A DNA stretch of 64,000 nt from Chrysomallon squamiferum (Eukaryota > Animalia > Mollusca). The notes under the pieces are model-generated. The model was given only the letters and a program-made list of their open reading frames with translations, searched no databases and was not told the DNA's origin. This document shows positions 31,786-53,909 of the stretch, one piece after another. Made by a program: the position numbers and the translations under genes. The DNA is taken from positions 4,402,001 through 4,466,000 of the forward strand of contig CM022674.1 of NCBI GenBank assembly GCA_012295275.1. The letters are read 5' to 3'. The stretch's first letter is position 1. Each line of letters starts with the position of its first letter.

Positions 31786-32161
31786 TTCTAAAAAAAAAAA
31801 AAAAAAAAAGAAATTAATTTCCAAGAATAGTCGTCTAATCATAACACATAAGATTATCAAGAATTATACTTTATACAATTTCAGTTGACAACCCGTCAAC
31901 AAGCGTTTCACTGAAAATTGTATAATAATCTTTTCTGAATTTATTTATTATTTTTTTTTATTTAATACATGTATATATTTCAGTTCATGTTAATACAGTT
32001 AAATAACATAGAAAGCAGCACGAAATCGCGCATTACAAGATGGACAATAAATAATTAATTTTATAGAGATCTTTCAGCAATTCAGCAAGCTTATATAATT
32101 ATTTCACAATCTGAACAGACAATAAGTGAACAAGTATAAATATAGATGGCTTAAACCAGGA

Positions 32162-32227
<66 letters not shown>

Positions 32228-33499
32228 TAAATGCCACAATTTATTACATTTCGGCATACGTCAAATTTGCCTTTTCGCAATTTTTTTCTACAGTAAATTT
32301 CAGATCAGCGAAAGTCATTAAGTCCGTCGCTACACCGCACGTTACGTACATCATAAAAAGAAGGAAAACTAAAAGATCTAATAAAATAAAGTCCCTAAAA
32401 ATTATTCAACTCCTTAACGAGAGTTTTTTCCCGCAGACAAACGCCATATTTGTAACCGACCTCGTTTTCAGTGTTGATAATAGAATCTTAAAACATATTT
32501 ACTGAGAAAATGCCGAGTGACATCTTTTCACTTTAACCTTAATATGGCCACCACTGAATCGGAGAAAATCTCTTTGCCTTTTACATTTATACCTTGATAA
32601 GCTAGAAAAATAGATTTAAAGTATTTTAATGTGGTTTGAGGCATATCATATTGAATGCAGATATGATTGTTTTCTAAGTAAAACGCAAATATTAATCATA
32701 ATAATAATAAAAATGAAGATGGCCACCAGATCTCATTCATTGCAGAAAATGCACTTTCTCAGTGAGCTATAATTGTACTAACTTTACTGCATCTTGTCCG
32801 TTTTTCAGGTGCTTTCTCGAGCAGTTAAGTTTATATCTGATAAAATGAGTTTCGATGTTTCCTGACATTTACAATGTGACCTTTGGCTTCTGAATGTAAT
32901 ACACGCTCAGCATTTGAAGATCTCTCAGCTGATTTCGATCCTAACATCAGTGGTCAGAGAAACAGGAGATATTCAAAAGCAAAACAGTGTTGAAGAGACA
33001 ACTGAAAGTTGAAGTTTCATCAAGAAACACAGTCACAACAATCATCGATGTCTTTGCTCCCTACTAGGTGATACACAGGCATTACATGTAGCTGAGAAAA
33101 AAATAATAATCCCGTTTTGTTCAATATCTTCTGTATTTTTTCTTGTGGTCATTTTCAGGGAATATATTTAGAAGAATCTGCAAAAAGCTATTTTGGATAC
33201 GATAGTTACACACTTTATGAGTCCTTGTCTGCCTTGTACGATTCCTGTGCTTTTCGCGATGGAAATTGCTGCAAGAAACTTTCAGTTGTACAATCCAGTT
33301 CCAAATCATTCCAAATAGATTTTACGTATAACAGCGTACGATTATTTTATAAAGGCATTGAACCAGCAATGTTTTTCTCTTCTTTCCTTTGTTCTTCTTT
33401 GATTTGACAGAAATCGATAATAGTTTCATGCGTAGTTGTAATAAATGCACTTCAAAAATGATTTTTTTTTTTTTTTTTTTTTTTTTTATATATATATAT

Positions 33500-34290
33500 A
33501 TATTAGTCAATGGCCTATGCCTAACATAACAATAAATATAAATACAGTACACTTCAGTATTTCTTTCTTTTTTCTTTTCTTTTTTCTAAAGGATCAGTCA
33601 CTGGCTTATACGTAACATGATAATATATATAAATATTGTACACATCAATAATTAAATATTTTCTTATTTATATGTTAGTCACTGGATTATGCCTAAAATG
33701 ATAGAATATATATAAATACAGTACACTTCAATAAGTAAATATATTTTGTATACATATTAGTCATTTGTCTCAGCTGAACATGATAACATTTATAAATACA
33801 CTACACTTCAATAATGAAATATTTTTATACACATATTAGCCACTTGTCAATGCCTAACATGATAATATATATAAATACAGTACACTTCAATAAGTAAATA
33901 TTTTTGGCATACATATTAGTCACTTGTCTATGCCTAACTTGATAATATTTATGAACACAGTACACTTTAATAATGAAATATTGTTTTTGTATACATATTA
34001 GTTACTGGCCTATGCCTAACATAACAATAAATATAACTACAGTACACTTCAGTATTTCTTTCTTTTTTCTTGTCTTTTTTTCAAAGGATCAGTCACTGGC
34101 TTATACTTAACATGATAATGTATATCAATACAGTACACATCAATAATGAAATATTTTGTTATTTACATGTTAGTCACTGGATTATGCCTAACATGATAAT
34201 ATATATAAATACTGTACACTTCAATAAGTAAATATTTGTTTTGTATACATATTAGTTACTGGCCTATGCCTAACATGATGATGTATATAG
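33500..34290. repeat. Minisatellite with units of about 60-75 bp (tagtcactggcctatgcctaacatgataatatatataaatacagtacacttcaataagtaaatattt)
   Basis: About 12 degenerate copies here; only about 2 copies at 10405-10520, and a remnant at 1-45. Confidence 0.85.
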
Positions 34291-35467
34291 CGTATTAAAG
34301 ACACACAGGACTTTAATTTAAATTAAAAACAGGAATACATTTTCTTCTAGAAAGAATTAGAGTAACAGGACGGGTGATCACTGTACATGGTAAAACTTTG
34401 TATAATGGATATTTTAAAAAGTGAAATTCATCTTCTGTCTACAGATGAGCATGCATCTGACCTTTTCTTTTTGATTTCAGACGACACAGGGAATTTAAAA
34501 ACAAAACTAATTCTCTACTGTAATCGTAAATTTCATAAGGAAACCGTCCAAAATGTCACAGTTTTAAATATGTAGTATACTTAAATCTATAAGGTCAAAG
34601 AATAAACATGGAATCATCACAACAAAAAATGGTCTGTATTAAATTAGATCTAGTTTGCACAACAGGTATGCTACCAAAAACTGTTAACATGATCAAACTT
34701 AAAAACTATTCCATTATAAAGAACGCTAAGCAAATAACAAAATGATAATAAAATGAGGAAAATGTATTAGTAAATAAGGAAGATGCGGGATTTTTTTTAA
34801 TGTTTTTTTTTTTTTTATTATGTAAAAAGTCGACTAATTTATTTTATTTTATTTTATTTTATTTTATTTTTCCTTTCTGGTGACTTTGCCTTTGTTTCAC
34901 CTAATCTCTCTGATTTAGCAATGACAGCATGGCAAAAAATGTCCTGCATTTCCTTTCATTTTCAACACAATCAAATGTAAGCTGCTGGTAATTACATTGA
35001 ACTATAAGCGTTCTATCAGCAATTTAGAATAATCAAATAAATATTTTTTAAAAGAAGAAACAGCAATCACAAGTTGTTTTATAAACTCATAATCTATATT
35101 ACTCAAATGTTATATTTGTCTTATTATAAAAGTTCTATAAGATTTGATGGAAACATAAAGGTTTAATGGTTTCGGAATGAAGAGTTATTATTCATTCAAC
35201 TTCGTTCACCATGACGCTCTATCGGAATGACAGCGACTCAGTTCACAAGTTTCAAACCTAACTTAACAGATATACAATTGAATGAAATTTCTTCAATTTC
35301 TAGTGGAAATGTTATAGGGATAAATTAATTCAAACCATAGCCTGATTGATGCGTTTTGATCGGTTGAATGTGAGCAAACATTTTATAATCGAACGAATAA
35401 CAACAAAAAATGACGTCAGCAAAATTCTGATTAGTAACAATACCTATAATAGTCAGGTAAAGACGTA

Positions 35468-35647
35468 CCCGTTGTGTTGAGTTGTGCTGTTTCACTTTCT
35501 TTTTCTACTGTATCTGAAATAATAGATCACCGAATTATTGATGTTGATGTTTCTGAATAATATTCTACAAGTTAATTTACTTTAAAAGCTGATCATACCT
35601 GTCTTACCTGAAAAGTGTAAAAGTTACCCGAAAACGAAACAGGAAGT
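35468..35647 (-). promoter_or_regulatory. Putative promoter and 5'UTR exons of CARD copy 3
   Basis: GAAAACGAAACAGGAAGT at 35630-35647; GAAAGTGAAAC (minus) at 35489-35499; TGACGTCA (CRE) at 35411. Confidence 0.5.
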
Positions 35648-36846
35648 TCATAATTATTTTTATTGTTATTTTTTTTTAAATTTATTTAAATTTATTTTAT
35701 TTGTTTCTGTGTTTTTTTTTTTCAAAATTCAACAGAAAAAATAAAATAATAATTTAATAGTCGGACGAAAGATCACGGATTTTAACGATTTTATCCGAAG
35801 ATATAAGAAACTACCTTCTCCGTTTTTTTTTTTTTTTTTTTTTTTGTTCATACCTTTATGGGATAACAGTGAGGCGTTACTACCGATGTTTATATTATTT
35901 ACTATTATTATTATTATCATTGTGGTTGTTGTTGTTGTTTTTGTTGATGTGTTGTTGTTACTACTGTTTCTATTATTTGTCTGTCGATATTGTTATCGTT
36001 ATCACTGATGACGTTATTAGCAACAAAAACGCTGCAATAATAACAATAAAATAAATACGACGATTAAGATTTTGTTTTTCTGATATACTGCAAATTTCAT
36101 TCTACTGTCTACTAAAAACAATTTTCAAAATCTATATACGAGCCACACACATCACTTGAACCATGTGCAGATAGGTAAAGCTAGCGGTGAACATGAATGA
36201 CCTGTTTTGAACAGGCGTTGCTGCCTCGTTTCCATTAACCAATCGGATGAATTGTTGTTCTTAAGCGAAGTCGGGTAGCTGGTGTTGATTGGCAAGCTGA
36301 CCGTAACAGATTACATTTTGAGCGAACAAAGAGAAACATTTGAACTCTAACCCATGCTTTTGTTTGTCGAGTATATTCAGTAAGTATATCAGTGTTTATT
36401 GGTTAGCGCACGTGATAGATTTATTTCCACTACTGATCACTAGCGAGAAGGGATCAGTCTTTTTTCTTTCAAAAAGCAAGACAAGTGTTTACATTTCGCT
36501 CGTGTGAAACTGATCGTACTGATAACGTCTCTCTAGGTGTACAGCCGACTGTTGACAGTGTAGTGCGATGCAGTGATTCATTCCAGCATTTTATCTGATT
36601 TTATTTATTTAATAATAAATAGTACACCCTAGTGTGAGGCTAATTGTTACGGTACAGATTGCATATGTATTATTATTATTATTATTATTATTATATTTTT
36701 ATTATTATTATCATCATCATCATGATCATCATTATTATTATTTATTTATTTATTAATATTCTCCTTAATATTTTTTCAGTTCACAAAACTGACATATTTA
36801 TCTGAATATATATATATATATATATATATATCTTTCCTTAACTCAG

Positions 36847-38141
36847 AAATGAGTCAACATCAACACGAACTGTTTCTACAGGGAGAGAAGCTGGTATTCT
36901 TTCTCCACGGTGAAGCCACAAAGAAAGACAACATGAAGGTGTTCAGATTGGCTGACTGGAGAGGGCACACACACCAGGTGAACTTCAGAGTATTACAAGA
37001 TTGGTGTTGAATCTCCAGATGTAATTGTTTTCATAGGAAATTTCCTAGAGTTGTTTCTTCACATGTTATAGATAAGAGTATCAAACCTTAGCACCACAAC
37101 TTGACACACCAATGGCTATTGAATGAAAATCATTATCATTTCACAAAGATAATTTTTAATTAATGTTTAATCATTTTTTCTCTTTCCTTGTTTTTCCTAG
37201 ATAGTTATAATTTCTTCTTCTTCTTCTTCTTCTTCTTCTACTGCTTCTTCTTCTTCTTATTTATTTATTTATTTATTTATTATTATTATTTATTAGTAAT
37301 AATGAATAATCTACAACCAGATTACAGGTGAGGCTGTATAGTGATGGGAAGTTACTGATTCCTGACAAAACAAATCTCGAGATTGTCGATGACTGGCCTC
37401 TTCATACCACACACAAAGTTCACTTCACCAAGCTTGTTGTTGGTGCATGCTGGCAAGGAAATTGATTTTATCACTCATGTTTTCTTCCTCAGATCATTTT
37501 GTTTCATGATTGGTATTATTACTGGTCAATGTTCATTTGCTTTCTTATTGTCAATAAGAAATTGGTTTGATTCCATTTAGTTAGTTTACTTTTTAATGAC
37601 ATTACTGCATATCGTCCATTTTGTAAATTTGAATAGGAATTTTCCTTTCCTTGGTTATCTCCCGTCTTTGTCCATCTCTCTCTCTGTCTCTTGAGATTCA
37701 GATCCTGAAATTGCTGTTCCATATAAAAGCAAAGACGAACTCTTTGTAACCTCAGAGGTTCTGTAGTTATCTTCTCGTTAAAAATGTCTGGGAAGGGATG
37801 ATTTTATTTTAAAATAACCAATAGATGAGCACCACAGAATCATTATGCTAACATTTTGTCTTTTTGTGTTTTCACCTTTTAATTTGTTCTTCTTAAAAAA
37901 AAAAAAAAAAAAAAGATTTTATGTGTGTGTACTTTACATGACTTCTTACATATAGCTCAATTATACTCCTTATTTTATTTTTACATTTTTTTTTTCTTTA
38001 CAGGGTGTGAGTTGACAGAATTCAGTATTTCTGGCAAGGACATCAAAGAGATGGAGAATTTAATCAGTGAAGTCACCTACATCAATTCAAGAACTTACCC
38101 CACCCCTGGGAGAAGGAATCTTAAAATTACACAACAGTCAC
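36847..38141 (+). pseudogene. CLSTN: Calsyntenin gene fragment, type B (36847-36977, 37328-37457, 38004-38141)
   Basis: Same exon set as 13592-14913; the ORF track 37925-38170 contains YINSRTYPTPGRRNLKIT. Confidence 0.82.
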
Positions 38142-38989
38142 GTAAGCATAACGTTTTCATTGTTATTTGAAACAGATTAAACTGAATAAATTAACATAAA
38201 TTTCGTTGAAGATATAGTCTATATTTATTCAGTATGTTGTGTTTTGTAAGCCTGCTAACAGTTATTTTTTGAACTACATGTTTTAATAAGATTTTAGTGA
38301 ATTTTTAATGATCTGCATTTAATTTTAAAAATTTTTACTCAGTTGGATTCTTAACGATTAATATGTCTTCAAGTATAGCTCAGTTACCTCATTATCAATT
38401 TGTGACAAAAACTCAGTTTTAATAAATGTTTATTATAGAATTTACAGTTTTGGTAGTTTTCATATTTAATTAAATTCTCTGGCATTAAACAAAGTGTGTA
38501 AATTTTCAGGAAGGAAATTATAATTTCTTTTTTTATATTCATCGGCCTGTCAATAAAGCATTTGGGTTAATTTCTGGTTTTTGTTCTTCCTTTACCTGAA
38601 ATAAAATAAATTAAGATTAGATTTCCTGAGGTCACGTTTAACAGCTTTCTCAATGATCATGACAAATTATATTTTTTAAAAGAGCATTTTTGTGGATACA
38701 AAAATGTCAAATTTATATAATAATTAAAAACAAAATAGTCCCTTATGTCCAAAATATTAGTTTTATATAAATGTTTTCAGTGTTGAGTAAGTATTGATAT
38801 TTATGATTAACAATTTCCCTTGTGAAAGAGAATTAAATTTTCTAACATGGTAATTTATTTTGTTTTATCGGCTTAAATGTATCCATTTTGGAATTTCTGG
38901 TTAAAAAAATTTGTGCCCTCCTTTACTGAAATCCTTATTAGGATGTTTCCTGAATACTGGTATTAATGCTAAGCCCCTCTACGATGACA

Positions 38990-39235
38990 AACTCTGATGA
39001 TGCATTTGAAACATTTTATTGGATACAAAATGTCAAATTTAATAATGACTAAAAACAAAAAATAGTGGCATGTCCATGAGTAGTCAGTGTTTACAGCCTT
39101 TTCAGTATTGAGTAATACTGAGTCTTCATTCTCCACCTTTGCTTTCCTTCTGAAAATAAATAAATAAAGTAACATAAGTAAATTATTGGTAGGGATTAAA
39201 TGAAGTAATAGGCTAAACCAATGCTTCTGATGATA
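38990..39235 (-). other. 3'UTR exon and last intron of a fourth CARD gene copy, cut by the gap
   Basis: Homologous to 7620-7885, 18870-19075 and 29840-30105; acceptor ttttcag next to 39149. The coding exons are not visible beyond the N run. Confidence 0.65.
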
Positions 39236-39435
39236 NNNNNNNNNNNNNNNNNNNNNNNNNNNNNNNNNNNNNNNNNNNNNNNNNNNNNNNNNNNNNNNNN
39301 NNNNNNNNNNNNNNNNNNNNNNNNNNNNNNNNNNNNNNNNNNNNNNNNNNNNNNNNNNNNNNNNNNNNNNNNNNNNNNNNNNNNNNNNNNNNNNNNNNNN
39401 NNNNNNNNNNNNNNNNNNNNNNNNNNNNNNNNNNN
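39236..39435. other. Scaffold gap (200 N)
   Basis: Run of exactly 200 N; true size unknown. Confidence 0.99.
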
Positions 39436-39748
39436 TAAAAATATGCATTTTAAAAGAAAGAGAAGAGGAGTTCAACTTATTAAAAGTAGTAGCTGTTTAA
39501 TTTTCTATGATATTATACATTTTAAACGAAATTCTAGATAATATCTTCCTTTATTTTTTAATATCGAATATATACCAAAAGAAAGGTGAAACACATTGAA
39601 ATTAAGCTAATTTATATTCATTCTAACGGAAAACCTTCGGTTTATCATTAACATAAATTCTTAATATATTTCCAGATTCCAATACTCGATTATCGATAAT
39701 GTTGGATAGTCTTTTTTTCTGTTAACTTATTAATAAATTTCTACTTAC

Positions 39749-40141
39749 CATTGTGGGACCCTAAAAAGGTGAATATGAATATGAACATATAAAGGTGAAT
39801 ATGTCTGGTTAAACGCTGAAATCAAGACTGCTCTAAAATCATAAAGTACTTTGTAACTCCGAGTAAAAATAATTCATTTATGATACTGATTGAAAACAGT
39901 AATTATTTTACGATTTATTTTTACACGTTTTCATGTTAGATCTCAGTTATTTTCTTAACATGAATATATTCCTTTGACTAGAATTACATTGCATCTGTTT
40001 TATTCTTTCGAATAATATTCAGTTATGAACTCAAACCGACGTAAAGCAAGTCAAACGTAAAAGAAATAGCAAATATTTGATCTAAAATATATTGGTATAG
40101 AACTCCATGTGACTAGTGGTGCAAAAAGAAAAAAAAAAAAA

Positions 40142-40183
<42 letters not shown>

Positions 40184-40512
40184 GTAGTGGTAGTATATAC
40201 AAATAACATTTATATAATTAAATCTGTATGATAAGAAAGATTTTACATTCAATATTATTTAGGTGAAATGATTTATACCTTAAAATGTATTTATATTGGA
40301 ATAAATTAAGATTATTACAACTATATTTAATTACATACTAAAAAAAGTATTTTATTTTGCACTAATATAGATTCATTCACCCGTCTCATATTAAATTTTA
40401 CTGAAGAGGAAAACGAAACTTACCGGTGATGTGAATGCAGTTTACCAGTAAGGAACCACGCTGACGAGAAAACAATCAACAGCAGAAGAATTTGCAGTTT
40501 CAACGCAAACAT
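39749..40512 (-). CDS. Micro-exon secreted peptide gene, copy 1 (5' part; exons 40424-40512, 39749-39760; remainder lost in the gap)
   Basis: MFALKLQILLLLIVFSSA-WFLTGKLHSHHR/VPQ.. ; 89-nt signal-peptide exon with gtaagt donor, then the 12-nt exon ttttag|GGTCCCACAATG|gtaagt. Confidence 0.8.
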
Positions 40513-40906
40513 AGTGAACAACAACAGCTGGAAATCTGCAGGTATTCGTTAAATTTTACTGTATACCAAGCCCATATATATATATATATATATACATATA
40601 ATATAATATAATATATATTAATGACAAACTACTAGGTTTGAGAAACGAATAGATTTAATGTTTAGCGTTTCGAATTAATTAGGAAAACATTTAAATTCTA
40701 AGATTATTGAATATGGATCTTGAAAACGGAGAAACGAAAATGAATATGTTATTTTCTCTTTCATGTTTGTTAACGTATTTCCCTACGATTTTAAACTTTT
40801 TCAGTCTGTAGTAACCAACTATTCGAAACATATACTACATTTAACTGTATAACTAGTTTAGAATTTTACATGTAAAAAAAATGATTATAAAGTGAATATA
40901 ACTTAC

Positions 40907-40978
40907 CAAAATTAGTTGTAGTAGTGAATGATCTAGCAGTGAGAATATGTTCAATATCATGAGCTCCAGTTATATATA
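40907..40978 (-). promoter_or_regulatory. TATA box, initiator and non-coding exon 1 of peptide gene copy 1
   Basis: Minus-strand TATATATAA (40970-40978), Inr-like TCACT about 30 nt downstream, donor TTTG|gtaagt at 40907. Confidence 0.7.
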
Positions 40979-41246
40979 CTGATGCACGGACACAATAATA
41001 ATGAATCAAACGTTTCATATCTAATAAACTACTATGGCAGAAGAAATATGTAATCAAAATAAATATAAATTTCGTGACAGATGAACCGATAAAACGTGAA
41101 ATATTCATACCTTTTATAATTAATTTACTCTGTGCATTCTGTCGATTTATCTTTCTGAATGTTTGTCTGTCATAAGTGTTTGTCTGTTGTGTATGGGTGT
41201 ATTTGCCAGTGTAATTTCGTATCTATCTGTCATTCTATCTCTCATA

Positions 41247-41312
<66 letters not shown>

Positions 41313-41704
41313 CTATCTACATCTACCCATTTAAATCTTTATCTAAATGTTTCTCTATATCTATCTCTCAATCTATCTAATTATTTATGCATATATCTGT
41401 TTTTGTTATGTGTCTGTCTGTGTCTATCTTTCTACATCTATCCGTCTATCTCTTTAACTAACTATTTTCTGTATATCCATCTCTCTATCAATTTGCATGT
41501 TTATATATCTATCTAGGTCTCTTTATATTATTCTGTCTAGCATCTTTTTTCTTATTATTCAATAAGAGAAATGATTTTCAAAAATTATATTGATCATTAT
41601 AATATCCGAATTTACTACAGGATGACTGTTCTATGAAAACAGACAGGTTTCTCTATTTCGCCGTTGAGAAAACTGTTTTCTGTCAATACGGAACGTTGCC
41701 TTGT

Positions 41705-42268
41705 TGCAAAAACAGAACGTTACAGTCCATCACTGCAAAAACAGAACGTTACAGTCCATCACTGCAAAAACAGAACGTTACAGTCTATTACTGAAAAAAC
41801 AGTACGTTACAGTCCATTACTGTAAAAACAGAACGTTACAGTCTATTACTGAAAAAACAGTACGTTGCAGTCCATTACTGAAAAAACAGAACGTTACAGT
41901 CCATTACTGTAAAAACAGAACGTTACAGTCTATTACTGAAAAACAGAACGTTACAGTCCATCACTGCAAAAACAGAACGTTACAGTCTATTACTGAAAAA
42001 ACAGTACGTTACAGTCCATTACTGTAAAAACAGAACGTTACAGTCCATTACTGCAAAAACAGAACGTTACAGTCCATTACTGTAAAAACAGAAAAACAGT
42101 CCATTTGCAAAACAGAACGTTACAGTCCATTACTGTAAAAACAGAACGTTACAGTCCATCACTGCAAAAACAGTACGTTACAGTCCATTACTGTAAAAAC
42201 AGAACGTTACAGTTCCATCACTGCAAAAACAGTACGTTACAGTCCATTACTGTAAAAACAGAACGTTA
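41705..42268. repeat. 29-bp minisatellite (aaaaacagaacgttacagtccattactgc), about 19 copies
   Basis: Head-to-tail repeats without spacers; source of the QKQNVTVHYCKNRTLQSIT ORFs. Confidence 0.95.
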
Positions 42269-42779
42269 CGAAATTAATGAAAACGATGCTTTGATCTCAA
42301 TTACTTCGTCCTGTATTTCCGGCAGATCGAGGTCCGTATGAACGAGATTAGTGAGAAATCAATTAAACATTCCGAGGAAATCTCTACTCATTTCCTAAAA
42401 GAAAGGTAATTTCTGAATAAAAACCGTTATCAAATTTCGTACTTTTTTCCGTTGCTCAATATGATTGAAAATTATTAATGATTTCGACAAATGCAAAATT
42501 ATTTTTATGACGAAATGTTGTTTCAATCTGACTACACTAAAATGTATTTAAGTTTTCTGTCAAATGATTTAGAATTTCACCCTCCATGCCGACGTCAAAG
42601 GTTCCCACCTTTCTTGTAATTCTGAAACATGGTAAGACAGGAAAGACAGATGCATTGGGGTTTGTGGTTCAAAATGATAATGTTACAATTGGACATAGTA
42701 GATTTATAATTCTAATGTGTTCTATTAACTTGGAAAGGGTTATATCAATCCCAAAAGCCTTGATTTTGACACCAGATGT

Positions 42780-45485
<2,706 letters not shown>

Positions 45486-45654
45486 TAATATTCTCTCTAG
45501 TAACAGCACAAACCCGCTGGTCTGAAATAATAAATTACGACAACTACCCATTAATATGGAAAAAAAAGTATATTTAACACCCAGATTATGTACTAAACAA
45601 ATCGGTCTTATTGATTTTCAATACACAATTCTTAATAGAATAACAGCAAACAAC

Positions 45655-48920
<3,266 letters not shown>

Positions 48921-48942
48921 AACTGACAAAGAGAGAGACAGG

Positions 48943-49071
<129 letters not shown>

Positions 49072-49156
49072 GAACACCTCTTAATGATTTCGTACCCTAG
49101 GTTTCATAGAGCTCAAACAGAAACATAACAATGATTTCAATGTTTCACATTAGTAT

Positions 49157-49162
49157 TTTATT
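49157..49162 (-). terminator. Polyadenylation signal AATAAA, peptide gene copy 2
   Basis: 22 nt after the stop codon; same spacing in copy 3. Confidence 0.65.
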
Positions 49163-49184
49163 ATCTCTTCAGGAGCTTGGAACA

Positions 49185-52116
<2,932 letters not shown>

Positions 52117-52509
52117 AGTGAACAACGTAAGCTGGAAACCTGCCGGTATTCGTTAAATTTTAATGTATACCAAGCCCAGTTTTTATATATATATATATAT
52201 ATATACATGTAATATAATATAATATATATTAATGACAAACTACTAGGTTTGAGAAACGAATAGATTTAATGTTTAGCGTTTCGAATTAATTAGGAAAACA
52301 TTTAAATTCTAAGATTATTGAATATGGATCTTGAAAACGGAGAAACGAAAATGAATATGTTATTCTCTCTTTCATGTTTGTTAACGTATTTCCCTAAGAT
52401 TTTAAACTTTTTCAGTGTGTAGTAAAAAAACTTATACTTCATTTAACTGTATAATTCTTTTAGAATTTTACATGTAAAAAAAAATGATTATAAAGTGAAT
52501 ATAACTTAC

Positions 52510-52581
52510 CAAAATTAGTTGTAGTAGTGAATGATCTAGCAGTGAGAATATGTTCAATATCATGAGCGCCAGTTATATATA
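52510..52581 (-). promoter_or_regulatory. TATA box, initiator and non-coding exon 1 of peptide gene copy 2
   Basis: TATATATAA at 52573-52581; donor at 52510. Confidence 0.7.
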
Positions 52582-52849
52582 CTGATGCACGGACACAATA
52601 ATAATGAATCAAACGTTTCATATCTAATAAACTACTATGGCAGAAGAAATATGTAATCAAAATAAATATAAATTTCGTGACAGATGAACCGATAAAACGT
52701 GAAATATTCATACATTTTATAATTAATTTACTCTGTGCATTCTGTCGATTTATCTTTCTGAATGTTAGCTTGTCATAAGTGTTTGTCTGTTGTGTATGGG
52801 TGTATTTGCCGGTGTAATTTCGTATCTATCTATCATTCTATCCCTCATA

Positions 52850-52938
<89 letters not shown>
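52850..52938. repeat. (TCTA)n microsatellite upstream of the peptide gene promoter (paralogues at 41248-41312 and 62860-62903)
   Basis: Seen directly. Confidence 0.95.
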
Positions 52939-52939
<1 letters not shown>

Positions 52940-53406
52940 CTAGCTAGCTATCTATGTGTGTGTCTGCCTATGTCTATCTGTCTGGCTGCATCTACCTATC
53001 TAAATCTTATCTAAATATTTCTCTGTATCTATGTATATGTATCTGGCTATCAATCTGTCCGTATGTCCATATATCTATCTCTCAGATTATCTATTTATTT
53101 ATGCCTATATCTGTTTTTGTTGTGAGTCTGTCTGTGTCTCTCTGTCTACATCTATCCATCTATCTCTTTAACTAACTATATTTCTGTATATCTATATATC
53201 TATCAATTTGCATGTTTATATATCTGTCCAGTTCTCTTTATATTATTCTGTCTAGCATATTTTTTTCTTTTTTTTTCTATAATAATAGAAATGATTTTCA
53301 AAAAGTATATTGATCATTATAATATATGAATTTACTATAGGATGACTGTTCTATGAAAACAGACAGGTTTCTCTATTTCACCGTTGAGAAAACTGTTTAT
53401 TATCAA

Positions 53407-53909
53407 CACGGAACGTTGCCTGTGTGTAAAAACAGAACTTTACAGTCCATCACTGCAAAAACAGAACGTTACAGTCCATTACAGCAAAAACAGAACATTA
53501 CAGTCTAGTACAGCAAAAACGGAACGTTACAGTCCATTACTGCAAAAACAGAACGTTACAGTCGATTACTGCAAAAAACAGAACATTACAGTCCATTATT
53601 GCAAAAACAGAACGTTACAGTCCATTACTGCAAAAACAGAACATTACAGTCCATTACTGCAAAAACAGAACGTTACAGTCCATTACTGCAAAAACATAAC
53701 ATTACAGTCTATTACTGCAAAAACGGAACGTTACAGTCCATTACTGCAAAAACAGAACATTACAGTCTATTACTGCAAAAACGGAACGTTACAGTCCATT
53801 ACTGCAAAAACAGAACGTTACAGTCCATCACTGCATACAGGACGTTACAGTCCATTACTGCATAAACAGAACGTTACAGTCCATTACTGCAAAAAACAGA
53901 ACGTTACAG
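53407..53909. repeat. 29-bp minisatellite, about 17 copies
   Basis: Paralogous array about 0.8 kb upstream of the TATA box of copy 2. Confidence 0.95.

Noticed and set aside
40866-41108. 80-83 aa minus-strand ORF MNISRFIGSS (also 52460-52711)
   Set aside because: It overlaps the TATA box and 5'UTR exon, its start region is altered in copy 3, and it has no recognisable features; better explained as promoter sequence.
41705-42268. 29-bp repeats as a CRISPR array or a repetitive Cys/His protein (ORFs 41701-42341, 53384-53938)
   Set aside because: Repeats are contiguous with no unique spacers, the context is eukaryotic, and indels break the frames; it is a minisatellite.
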